DNA from: a virus
Taxonomy: Duplodnaviria > Caudoviricetes
IMG/VR virus record: IMGVR_UViG_3300011113_000688
Location: 1-60,129 of that record
Length of the DNA stretch: 60,129 bases
Reading direction: 5' to 3' (one strand)
The notes under the pieces are model-generated. The model ran no database searches. It worked only from the letters and a program-made list of their open reading frames with translations, and was not told the origin of the DNA. The stretch's first letter is position 1. Every line of letters begins with the position of its first letter. A program made the position numbers and the translations under genes. Shown here piece by piece: positions 34,398 to 43,676 of the stretch.

Positions 34398-35132
34398 TTA
34401 TACGAAAAAACTTTGGAGTCCTTCAATCGTAATCGTTTCCTGATAACCACACTTAGTACAACTAAAATCAACATCTTTTTTAATCTTAGGCATTGTCTCA
34501 AAAAACTCTTGTACCTTACTGAATTGTTCTCTTGTTAGGTTTTCAATAAAATCAAGAAGTTCTTTTTTAGGTACATCTTTTGAATAAAAAATAGTTTCTT
34601 CTGTGTACACACCATCAATACACGCTACAAGTATGTTCATTAGTTTATCAACTTCAGAACCTTCTTGTTTTTGTGCTTCTTCTACCATTTTGAAAGATGG
34701 ATACTTGATCAAGATGCCCATGTTTTGACTGAGTTCAATCTTGTCTATTTTCTTTTCGTGAACCTCTGGTCGTATCTCAAGCAAGTTCATCTGAAGTGTT
34801 ACAATATTGCCACATTCTTTCTGTTCACCATTTGCATCAATTTTATTGTTGCAGCGATAAGGTAGTTCAACAATTTCGTTCACCGATCTTGCTCTTAGAT
34901 TCAGAAACAAATATTCAATATCTGTAATAGGCAGGTCGTCTACATTCAAATCATCTAAGCAGCAATTGGTCAATATTTGTTTGATCGCCAAAAGAACTGC
35001 ATCAGACTCTTCACTCTCCATCGCCATTAAAAGAATCTTTTCTTCTTTCACTAAGAAAGGTCTAAATCTAATTGATTTTTTTGTTAATGGTAAAATCAAT
35101 TCATAAATCGGTACATCTATTTTGGGTAACAT
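34398..35132 (-). CDS. gp26: Baseplate hub subunit/chaperone gp26
   Basis: RPFLVKEEKILL, DIEYLFL.LRARSV.E, FFETMPK, IEGLQSFF. Confidence 0.92.
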   Translation of the reverse strand: MLPKIDVPIYELILPLTKKSIRFRPFLVKEEKILLMAMESEESDAVLLAIKQILTNCCLDDLNVDDLPITDIEYLFLNLRARSVNEIVELPYRCNNKIDANGEQKECGNIVTLQMNLLEIRPEVHEKKIDKIELSQNMGILIKYPSFKMVEEAQKQEGSEVDKLMNILVACIDGVYTEETIFYSKDVPKKELLDFIENLTREQFSKVQEFFETMPKIKKDVDFSCTKCGYQETITIEGLQSFFV

Positions 35133-35149
35133 AATAACCTCACATTAAG

Positions 35150-35878
35150 TTAAAGTGACAACAATCTTGATGCACCTGTGCCAAATATAGCCGCTGCTGT
35201 TGCACCAAGATCATATTTTCCTTCATAAATTGTTTCGAATCTTTGATATGCGAATTGCACAGTCAATCGATGAAAACCTTCTTCTGACCAGTTTAATGGT
35301 TGTGCTGCTATGCCAATCGGAAAGGCATCAATCAAGTTCACAGCATAGATTTGTTTTACGATGTCATCAAACTGAGTTACTGTAATTTTGGTCAAGTATC
35401 TTGAGTTTTGACCTTTTGGAAAACGCAAGTTGTTGGTGTCTGTAGGCATGATTGCCTCTAGCCATTTGTCGAATAACTTGCGTTCGTAAAACTCATTTGT
35501 ACAAAGAAACGTTAGAGACATTTCCGAGTATTGTGTTTGATATGGTACCTTATAAGTTGGTCCATAAATCTTTACTTCTTCAGTTTGTATTGTCTTACCC
35601 GGAAGTTCGGCCGTTTCACATTGCAACGCCAAATAACGAGACAGTCCAGGGTTTGCACTTTTTTGTGAATCGTTTTTTTGACCTATTGCATTTCCTATCG
35701 CCTCTGTTATTTCTGAAAAAGCAGAGTTTGGTAAATTGAGTATTTTTTCTATAACTGAATTAGTCACAAAGTTTCCAATATAAGCTGGTATTGGAAGTAT
35801 TACCTCATAACGATTAGGTCGGGCAAGTCCATCCTTACCTCTAATATTTGATAAAAATAAATTAGGTGAAAACGACAT
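35150..35878 (-). CDS. gp54: Tail tube initiator / baseplate-tube junction (gp54-like)
   Basis: GLARPNRYEV, CETAELPG, DAFPI, LTVQFAY. Confidence 0.75.
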   Translation of the reverse strand: MSFSPNLFLSNIRGKDGLARPNRYEVILPIPAYIGNFVTNSVIEKILNLPNSAFSEITEAIGNAIGQKNDSQKSANPGLSRYLALQCETAELPGKTIQTEEVKIYGPTYKVPYQTQYSEMSLTFLCTNEFYERKLFDKWLEAIMPTDTNNLRFPKGQNSRYLTKITVTQFDDIVKQIYAVNLIDAFPIGIAAQPLNWSEEGFHRLTVQFAYQRFETIYEGKYDLGATAAAIFGTGASRLLSL

Positions 35879-36459
35879 TAAAATTTGTCCTCTGATTCTG
35901 ACCAGACTTTGCTAGCCGTTGCTTTTGCAAAAGATTCTACTGGCAACAATGCAGCTATGTCCCACTCATCGGCTGTTATCTCTAAAAATCGAGACTGTAC
36001 TTGCCTTGACAAATAACGTTTGATGCATGGCGTTGCTTCGTAAATCTTAGATGCCCTTTTCAAAAAGTCATAACTGATTCTAAATCGTGTAGTCTCATCA
36101 TAATCACGGTTATTCAAAATTGTACTCAGTTTGTCGAGAAGAATGATTCGTCGCTTTGGGTGAATGTAATGTAGATTCAACCCTAAAAAGCCGTCTGGAT
36201 ATCGTTCTATTGGAATCACCAATGGGAACCTGTCGTAATATGGCAACGAATCTTTCGTCTTTGGATCATAATAGTAAAAGTACATACGACCAATGATAGA
36301 CTGATTTTTTAATCGTTCACGATCACGCATCAACTCACCTTTGGTGGGTCTGAGTGAAGGAACTTTGGATCTCAACCAAGCACGTGCCTCACGTGATCGT
36401 GGTGCATATCCTGATTTTGCAAGGGATTCCTTGATTCTATCAATAAGTCGTTTCGCCAT
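35878..36459 (-). CDS. gp2: DNA end protector gp2
   Basis: YDPKTKDSLPYYDRFPLV, GLNLHY, CIKRYL. Confidence 0.92.
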   Translation of the reverse strand: MAKRLIDRIKESLAKSGYAPRSREARAWLRSKVPSLRPTKGELMRDRERLKNQSIIGRMYFYYYDPKTKDSLPYYDRFPLVIPIERYPDGFLGLNLHYIHPKRRIILLDKLSTILNNRDYDETTRFRISYDFLKRASKIYEATPCIKRYLSRQVQSRFLEITADEWDIAALLPVESFAKATASKVWSESEDKF

Positions 36460-36466
36460 CTAATAT

Positions 36467-36901
36467 TTATCTTATACCAAGGTGCTTTTCAGTTAAAATT
36501 AGAAATTGCCAACCATGATCTTTACAAAACTCTTCGGCCGCATACCATTTGGCCTTATTGACCTCATAGGTGATTGCTTCTTGTAAATAAGTCTTGGTCT
36601 TACGTTTTTGTGTTGGTGGTTGAGTTTGCTTTTCTGGTTTAACTTCTATGATGTATGTCATTATTGTACCGTCTGCTTTACGCATTTTGGCGATGAAGTC
36701 TGGAAAGTAACGATGCTTCTTTTTGTCAATTGGATTGTAATAAGGTATAGGAAGTTCTTCCGACCCCCACCAGAGAACGTTCGGATTGTCATCTAAATAA
36801 TTCATTACCTTTATTTCCCACGTAGACCTATAGATGATATTGTTTGCATCACCTTTGTATTTCTGTGGGTTTTTCGGTCTAAATCTTCCTTTGTTTGGCA
36901 T
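36467..36901 (-). CDS. gp4: Head completion nuclease gp4
   Basis: PKNPQKY.GD..NIIYRS.WE, WGSEE, HRYFPDF, EVKP, N.AKW. Confidence 0.93.
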   Translation of the reverse strand: MPNKGRFRPKNPQKYKGDANNIIYRSTWEIKVMNYLDDNPNVLWWGSEELPIPYYNPIDKKKHRYFPDFIAKMRKADGTIMTYIIEVKPEKQTQPPTQKRKTKTYLQEAITYEVNKAKWYAAEEFCKDHGWQFLILTEKHLGIR

Positions 36902-36934
36902 AAATACTATCTAGTCAACGAACAGGAACCCATC

Positions 36935-38254
36935 ATGGCATTTTTCGGTCTTTCAGACATAAGATTTAATTATTCAGAAACTCGTACATTTGGACCACTA
37001 TCCGTTTTAGATGCTGTTGGTGGTGGATTCAAACAAAATGCCTTAAAATATCCCTTAGATGTTGGTAGCGCAGATAAAGGTCATTACATGATATTCTTTG
37101 TGCGTCAACAAAAAGAGACACAGTTTTCCGCTGCTTATCGTGGCGGTCAAGTCTTCGATTCAAATGCTGAGAAGGCTATTCAAGATCAATTATCAAAAGG
37201 TGTTTCCGTTTCAAATAGAATCTCTACAAGCACAGTCAGAAGTTCTTTTGCTGACAAGATTAATAAGGGTGTTGAAAATCTAATCTCTGCTGGAACCTCT
37301 ACAGTGGGAAAATATGGTGGAAGAGTTGGACAAAAGATTGGTTCTGGTATTGAAGGTTGGATAGGAACAAATAATCCTCCTCAAGTTCCGCTTTCTGGTG
37401 AGCAAAGAATAAACGACAATATAACAACATCAGTCAAAAGAATTAGCGATAAAACTCCTTTTGGTTTTGTCAATAAAACTCAACTTACAACTGATTCGAT
37501 TGCTTTATACATGCCAGATACAATTCAGTTTGATAGCCGTCAATCGTATGATGGACTATCTCCTGGCAAAGAGTTACTAGGTCAGGCACTTGTTGCTTTG
37601 CCGGGTTTGGTTGACACTTATAAAAAAGGTGGTGGTAAAGCTGCACTTGAGGCGGTCAAAAAAACTGGTGCTTTGCAAGCACTTGGTGAAAGAGTAATCG
37701 GTGGTGTTACAGGCGCTCAAGACACAACTCGTCTAGGTGTTTTTGGTGTAACAGGTCGTGTTGTAAACCCAATGCTTGAATTGATTTATAACTCACCCGA
37801 TTTTCGTCAATTTCAGTTTGAGTTTTTCTTTTGGCCACGTGATGAAAAAGAAGCGTTAGAAGTTCAAAAAATTATTGATCGTTTTAGATTTCATCAATCA
37901 CCAGAATTGGAAAAGATTTCTGGTAAACAATCAGGTCTTTTGATACCTCCATCCGAGTTTGATATTCAGTTTTTCTATGCGGGTCGTCAAAACCCGAACA
38001 TACCGCCGATAGCATCCTGCGTATTAGAAAGCCTACAAGTGAATTATACACCTAGAGGTTTTGCAGCGTATGAAGTGCCCGGTGAAAACAATCCGGATTT
38101 GGGTCGAACAGGTATGCCGGTTGGTATTCAGTTGACACTTCAGTTTAGAGAAACAACTTACGTCACAAAAGAAGATTTTGGTGCCGCTCAAGATTACTCT
38201 TCAACAAGAATGAATGTTGAGGACAAAAAACAGGGAATATTTGCACAAAAATAA
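36935..38254 (+). CDS. gp48: Baseplate tail-tube cap gp48
   Basis: LKYPLD, IALYMP, NP.LELIY..PDFRQFQF.F, LTLQFRE; CATAAATA late motif at 36899. Confidence 0.85.
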   Translation: MAFFGLSDIRFNYSETRTFGPLSVLDAVGGGFKQNALKYPLDVGSADKGHYMIFFVRQQKETQFSAAYRGGQVFDSNAEKAIQDQLSKGVSVSNRISTSTVRSSFADKINKGVENLISAGTSTVGKYGGRVGQKIGSGIEGWIGTNNPPQVPLSGEQRINDNITTSVKRISDKTPFGFVNKTQLTTDSIALYMPDTIQFDSRQSYDGLSPGKELLGQALVALPGLVDTYKKGGGKAALEAVKKTGALQALGERVIGGVTGAQDTTRLGVFGVTGRVVNPMLELIYNSPDFRQFQFEFFFWPRDEKEALEVQKIIDRFRFHQSPELEKISGKQSGLLIPPSEFDIQFFYAGRQNPNIPPIASCVLESLQVNYTPRGFAAYEVPGENNPDLGRTGMPVGIQLTLQFRETTYVTKEDFGAAQDYSSTRMNVEDKKQGIFAQK

Positions 38255-38257
38255 ACG

Positions 38258-38923
38258 ATGGCAAATTACTTCAATTTTTATCCATCAACCTTTTATAGTG
38301 TTGATGCCAATAATAAGGTTGCACTTGATGTTGTAACCAATATAATTTCTAGGTTTGCATTTGAAGGTTCTCTTAAAGAAAACTCAGATGTGTTTTATCC
38401 TTATGAAATAAAAGATTCAGATACTCCTGAATCAATAGCATACAAACTTTATGGTGATGCTGAGAGACACTGGATAGTTTTGCTATTCAATAATATCATT
38501 GACCCCCAATATGATTGGCCATTGAACTATAATAATTTTATTAGTTATGTAAATGAAAAATATTCGGCTAACGGTGCGGCAAATACGACCGTTCAAACGG
38601 GTCTTCAATGGGCACAAAGTGAAAATAATGTGCATTCATATTATCAAGTAAATACAAGAAGTTCTCTTGCTGTTACTGCCGATAGCAAAACAATTGAAGA
38701 AAAGATTCAGATAACGGCAAACACTTATGCTAATGTCATCGTTGGCTCTGTAACATATACACTGAATAACGGTAAATCAATAACTGAAACTACCAGTAAA
38801 GAAAAGCTCACATACTACGATTATGAAGTAGAAGTGAACGAGAGCAAAAGAAAGATTAAACTGCTAAAACCAGAGTTTGCATTCGATGTCTTTGAAGAGT
38901 TTAAACAGATCGTTAGAGAATGA
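38258..38923 (+). CDS. gp53: Baseplate wedge gp53
   Basis: DTPESIAYKLYG....HWIVLLFN.I.DP..DWPL; NESKRKIKLLKP. Confidence 0.9.
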   Translation: MANYFNFYPSTFYSVDANNKVALDVVTNIISRFAFEGSLKENSDVFYPYEIKDSDTPESIAYKLYGDAERHWIVLLFNNIIDPQYDWPLNYNNFISYVNEKYSANGAANTTVQTGLQWAQSENNVHSYYQVNTRSSLAVTADSKTIEEKIQITANTYANVIVGSVTYTLNNGKSITETTSKEKLTYYDYEVEVNESKRKIKLLKPEFAFDVFEEFKQIVRE

Positions 38924-40245
38924 CTACATCACTATTAGATTCAACGCAGTTCAAGGTAAAACAAATCTCCATCATGTCTAAAGGTGGTGCTGTTGACATT
39001 TCGGCAATCTATGATGAGATTAATATTTACGACTCACTGTTTATGCCAATGATGTCGGGAAATATACTGCTAACTGATGCTGTTGGCTTATCTAAGGCCT
39101 TGAGTTTTGATGGCTCTGAAGTTATTTTGATAGATATAGAAAAAAGTTCTAACTTTTTGTCTTTCAGAAAGTCTTTTAGAATATACAAACAAACAGACCG
39201 TAGAAATGTAAATCAATCGACTGAAAAATACATTCTTCACTTTGTTGCCGATGAGTTTGTTTTTTCTTTGCAACAAAAAGTAAATCAAAGCTATCAATCA
39301 ACATACACAGATATTGTTCAGAAGATTCTAACAACATATCTTAAACTGGAGAATGATAAAAAAGGTTTAATTGAAAACTCATTTGGCGTAAGAAAAGTTG
39401 TCATACCTAATTTGTCACCTATAGAGGCAATTGAGTGGTGTGCAAAACGTTCATTGGACGGTAAAAATGCTCCTACCTTTGTATTTTTTTCTAACATTTT
39501 TGGCTATAATTACGTATCTTTGTCTTCTCTTTTGAATAAAGATTCAATATTAAAAATTAACTTTGATCCTAAAAACCTGAGTCAAAATGATCCGTTATCA
39601 GAAATGAGCAACGCTAGAAGTTATGAGATGATACTGCAAGGTGATTCGGTTGACAAAATTAGAAGTGGTGTAAATGCTGGTAAGTTTATAGGCTTTGATC
39701 CAATTACAAGAAGTTTTGGTGAAAAAAATGTAACATTTGATGACCATTATGGTATAACAGAACATCTGAATAAAAATCCAAATAGAACAGAAATATTCAA
39801 CAAAGACAATACAACGAATCTGACCTCAATAGATTCTAGAAAAGTATTAAGTATTTTTGGTGCGAATAGGAAGAACAGCAACTATATCAAAAAGTATGAT
39901 GCCGAGTCCATAACAAAAGTTGAAAATTACGAAAGTTTTCTTTTTCAGAGAAAAGCTATATTTAAAAATCTGGTGAATAAAAGAATGAAGGTTGTCATGC
40001 CTGGCAATTTTCAACTCACATCAGGTTTTAATGTAGATATTTCGACTTCTGGCTTTAATAGAAAAACTAAAGATTCTCAAAATGAAGAAGTATCACTGAA
40101 CGGAAAATATCTGATAGTTGCCGCAAGACATACGATAACAAATAATAAACATGAAACTTTAATTGAAATTGCTACAGATTCGACTAACAACTTAGAGGTT
40201 TACACAAGCAATCCTCAACAAAATGAATTACTCAAAAAGACTTAA
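38920..40245 (+). CDS. Baseplate hub protein (gp27-like)
   Basis: Position between gp53 and gp5; INIYDSL...SG.I.L.D; GKYLI...RH. Confidence 0.7.
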   Translation: MTTSLLDSTQFKVKQISIMSKGGAVDISAIYDEINIYDSLFMPMMSGNILLTDAVGLSKALSFDGSEVILIDIEKSSNFLSFRKSFRIYKQTDRRNVNQSTEKYILHFVADEFVFSLQQKVNQSYQSTYTDIVQKILTTYLKLENDKKGLIENSFGVRKVVIPNLSPIEAIEWCAKRSLDGKNAPTFVFFSNIFGYNYVSLSSLLNKDSILKINFDPKNLSQNDPLSEMSNARSYEMILQGDSVDKIRSGVNAGKFIGFDPITRSFGEKNVTFDDHYGITEHLNKNPNRTEIFNKDNTTNLTSIDSRKVLSIFGANRKNSNYIKKYDAESITKVENYESFLFQRKAIFKNLVNKRMKVVMPGNFQLTSGFNVDISTSGFNRKTKDSQNEEVSLNGKYLIVAARHTITNNKHETLIEIATDSTNNLEVYTSNPQQNELLKKT

Positions 40246-41175
40246 ATGAATCAAAGTGCATACGATTTTGCTGGTAGAGCAAACTTCATATGGTGGGTTG
40301 GTGTTGTTGAAGACAGACAAGACCCGCTAAAATTAGGTCGTTGCCGTGTAAGATGCATAGGTTGGCACTCAGCAAATAAAATGCAATTGCCCACAGACAT
40401 GTTGCCTTGGGCTATGCCAAGTATACCTATAAACTTATCGAATGTTTATACTCCTAAAGAAGGAGATATGGTCTTTGGGTTTTTTGTCGATGGTGAAAAT
40501 GCACAAGAACTGGTGATGTTAGGTTCTTTTCCTAGCATACCACTGAAGTCACCTAACAGACAAGATTCGTTTACGGATTCAAGAACAGAAGAACAGCTAT
40601 CTTCAGCACCAGTCAAGCCATATGAATCAGCAACAAACTATCCACGTAAGTTAGATGAGCCAACAACATCAAGACTTGCACGTAACGATGCCGATTATCC
40701 TTCAGAAATTGTAGCAGCAAAGAGAGATAGAAAAGCAAGTAAGGTTGAACCGAATCCTTATTATGCAGCAAAGTATCCATACAACAATGCTTACGAATCC
40801 GAATCTGGCCATGCATTAGAGTTTGATGACACAAAGGGTGCAGAAAGAGTCCATCTTTATCATCGTTCAGGTTCTTATGTTGAGTGGGGACCAGAGGGTG
40901 ACCGTGCGGAAAGAATACAAAGAAATAAGTTTGAAGTTGTGATTGGAGATGAACAGGTATATGTCAAAGGTGATGTTAAAATCTATGTTGACGGTGATTA
41001 CGATTTAGAGGTTACGGGCGACATAAGAATAAACGGTCAAACAATTAATCTGAACAACGGAGATATGGGTGCTGCTCGTATCGGTGACTCAACTCAAGAC
41101 AATGATACCGAAACAAATGGACCAGATACGGGAGAGATTACGTCAGGTTCAAGCACTGTGTTTATCGGAGACTAA
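40246..41175 (+). CDS. gp5: Baseplate hub/spike gp5 without a lysozyme domain
   Basis: WWVGVVEDRQDPLKLGRCRVR OB-fold; YPYN...ESGH..EFDDT.GAER. Confidence 0.9.
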   Translation: MNQSAYDFAGRANFIWWVGVVEDRQDPLKLGRCRVRCIGWHSANKMQLPTDMLPWAMPSIPINLSNVYTPKEGDMVFGFFVDGENAQELVMLGSFPSIPLKSPNRQDSFTDSRTEEQLSSAPVKPYESATNYPRKLDEPTTSRLARNDADYPSEIVAAKRDRKASKVEPNPYYAAKYPYNNAYESESGHALEFDDTKGAERVHLYHRSGSYVEWGPEGDRAERIQRNKFEVVIGDEQVYVKGDVKIYVDGDYDLEVTGDIRINGQTINLNNGDMGAARIGDSTQDNDTETNGPDTGEITSGSSTVFIGD

Positions 41176-41187
41176 GATAAATAAAAG

Positions 41188-41610
41188 ATGACAACAACAA
41201 TAACGACAAATAATCCTAGAATATCCTCTGAAAGAGTTTTCAGGGATTTGGACTTGAACTTCACGTTACATCCAGTAAAAAAAGATGTTTCAACACATCT
41301 CAATGAATATGCGATAATTAACGCTGTTAAAAACTTAATTTCAACTAATTTTTATGAGAAGCCTTTTAGACCTCAGGTAGGTTCATCGGTCAGAAGCCTC
41401 TTATTTGAAAACGTAGATCCTTTAGTTGCATCAAGACTTGAAAGATCAATAGAAGAAACAATTTTAAATTATGAACCAAGAGTTTCAGTTACAAACGTAA
41501 GGGCGCAGGCCTCACCAGACGAAAATCTTTACCTTGTAACACTCACATTCATCATAATAAACAACCCAATACCAATTACAATTGATTTTTTCTTGGAAAG
41601 AATTAGATAA
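41188..41610 (+). CDS. gp25: Baseplate wedge gp25
   Basis: DLDLNF, VKNLI.TN.YEKPF.P, YEPRV. Confidence 0.92.
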   Translation: MTTTITTNNPRISSERVFRDLDLNFTLHPVKKDVSTHLNEYAIINAVKNLISTNFYEKPFRPQVGSSVRSLLFENVDPLVASRLERSIEETILNYEPRVSVTNVRAQASPDENLYLVTLTFIIINNPIPITIDFFLERIR

Positions 41611-41612
41611 AA

Positions 41613-43676
41613 ATGGCAGACAGATTAAGAGTAACGGAACTTGATTTCGATACGATCAAGCAAAACTTAAAAACATTTTTAAATCAACAGTCACAGTTTA
41701 CTGACTATGATTTTGAAGGTTCAGGTTTATCTGTTTTGCTTGACATCTTGGCATACAACACACATTATCAAGCATACTATCTGAATATGGTTGCCAATGA
41801 AGCCTTTATGGACACTGCTTTGCTGAGAGATTCAGTTGTTTCTCATGCCAAAGTTTTAGGTTATGTTCCATATTCTCGTAAAGCGCCAGTAGCGACAATC
41901 AACTTCACTGCAAACACTAATTCGAATGCTGCTTCGACATTGACGATACCAAAGGGTTTTAGATTTTTATCAAACGATATAGATGGTATCAGTTATGGTT
42001 TTGTAACTTTAACCGAAACAACTGCGACAAAAGCAAATAACGATTTTACTTTTTTGAACTTACCGATTTATGAGGGTCAGCTAGTAACATATTCTTATAA
42101 TCATAATGAAGCAACAAATCCTAAACAGATTTTTACTTTACCTGATACTTCAGTTGACACAACAACTATTTCGGTGACTGTACAACCCTCATCGACAAAT
42201 ACTCAGATTTCTGTTTACACGCTGGCCGCTGATGCAAGTAACACTTCAATGCAGTCTGAAGTTTTTTATCTTCAAGAGAACAAAGGACAGCAATATCAAA
42301 TCTATTTTGGTGGTAACATCATAGGTAAAAAATTACCTGATGGCGCTGTTGTGAATATAACTTATCTTGTAACAAACGGTGAAACTGCAAACAAAGCAAA
42401 CAATTTTGTTGCTACTGGCACATTGACAGACTCTCTTAACAACTCACAGAGCAATTTTGTTATTAATCCGGTGAGTGCTGCTGCTGGTGGTGCAGAACGT
42501 GAGAGTGTAGATGAAATTAAGTTTTCAGCACCGCTTCAATATACTACACAGAATCGTTTAGTCACAACAAAAGATTACGAAGCATATATCAAGAAAAACT
42601 ACCCATCAATCAGTTCGTTATCTGTATGGGGTGGTGAGGATGAAATACCTCCGGTTTATGGTAAAGTGTTCGTTTCACTTAAACCGAAAGATAACTATTA
42701 TATAAGTGAAGCGGAGAAACAAAGAATCATTGATGAAATTATTAGTCCAAAATCAATCATTTCTGTAAGTACAGAGATTAGAGATCCCGATTATCTTTAT
42801 ATTCTGCTTAATAATCATGTAAGATATGATTCGAAAAAAACTACACTGACCGAAACTCAGTTGTCTACGCAGATTAGAAACACAATTATTAGCTACAAAC
42901 AAACATTCTTGAATAAGTTCGATGCCATATTTGCACTTTCAAAACTACAAGATCAAGTCGATAGCGTAGATACTAATTCAATCATTGGCTCTGAAACAAT
43001 ATTAAAACTTCAAAAACGAGTTACACCAGAACTTGGTGTAAGTTCAAATTACACCATAAACTTTGGTGTACCTATTAAGAGGGGTACACTTGCAGATCGA
43101 TTAACCACAACCGAGTTTTCTGTTTTTGATGCAACAGGTGTTAGCAGAACAGCAATTATTGAAGAAATACCACAATCGTTTACGGGCGTTTCTTCTATTG
43201 AAATCGTAAATGCCGGTTATGGCTACACTTCAACACCAACAGTCACAATTTCCGGTGACGGCACAGGAGCAACAGCCGAAGCAATCATCGAAAGTGGTAG
43301 AATTACACAAATCGTTATGACGAATCGTGGCACTGATTATACACGTGCTACAGTAACAATTACTGGTGGTGGAGGTTTTAGTGGCTCAGCTACAGCAGTA
43401 ATTGATTCGAAAGTTGGTACACTGAGAGTCATTTATTATGATGAAAATGCGAATAGACAAATCGTCGATGCTAGTGTTGGTGAAATCTATTATGATACCG
43501 GTATCATTCAACTCAACGATCTAAAAATACTTTCGGTTTCGGCATCTGATGGATTACTACGACTAACGGCAGTTTCAGAAGAAGGTGTAATTGAATCGTC
43601 AAGAAATGTAATCATAACTATTGATGATGCCGATGCAACATCAATTGTAACAACGCTCGAAAAAATGGCGACGTAA
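41613..43676 (+). CDS. gp6: Baseplate wedge gp6
   Basis: LDFDTIK, FTDYDFEGS, LAYNTHY, QNRLVT..DY, WGGED. Confidence 0.94.
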   Translation: MADRLRVTELDFDTIKQNLKTFLNQQSQFTDYDFEGSGLSVLLDILAYNTHYQAYYLNMVANEAFMDTALLRDSVVSHAKVLGYVPYSRKAPVATINFTANTNSNAASTLTIPKGFRFLSNDIDGISYGFVTLTETTATKANNDFTFLNLPIYEGQLVTYSYNHNEATNPKQIFTLPDTSVDTTTISVTVQPSSTNTQISVYTLAADASNTSMQSEVFYLQENKGQQYQIYFGGNIIGKKLPDGAVVNITYLVTNGETANKANNFVATGTLTDSLNNSQSNFVINPVSAAAGGAERESVDEIKFSAPLQYTTQNRLVTTKDYEAYIKKNYPSISSLSVWGGEDEIPPVYGKVFVSLKPKDNYYISEAEKQRIIDEIISPKSIISVSTEIRDPDYLYILLNNHVRYDSKKTTLTETQLSTQIRNTIISYKQTFLNKFDAIFALSKLQDQVDSVDTNSIIGSETILKLQKRVTPELGVSSNYTINFGVPIKRGTLADRLTTTEFSVFDATGVSRTAIIEEIPQSFTGVSSIEIVNAGYGYTSTPTVTISGDGTGATAEAIIESGRITQIVMTNRGTDYTRATVTITGGGGFSGSATAVIDSKVGTLRVIYYDENANRQIVDASVGEIYYDTGIIQLNDLKILSVSASDGLLRLTAVSEEGVIESSRNVIITIDDADATSIVTTLEKMAT

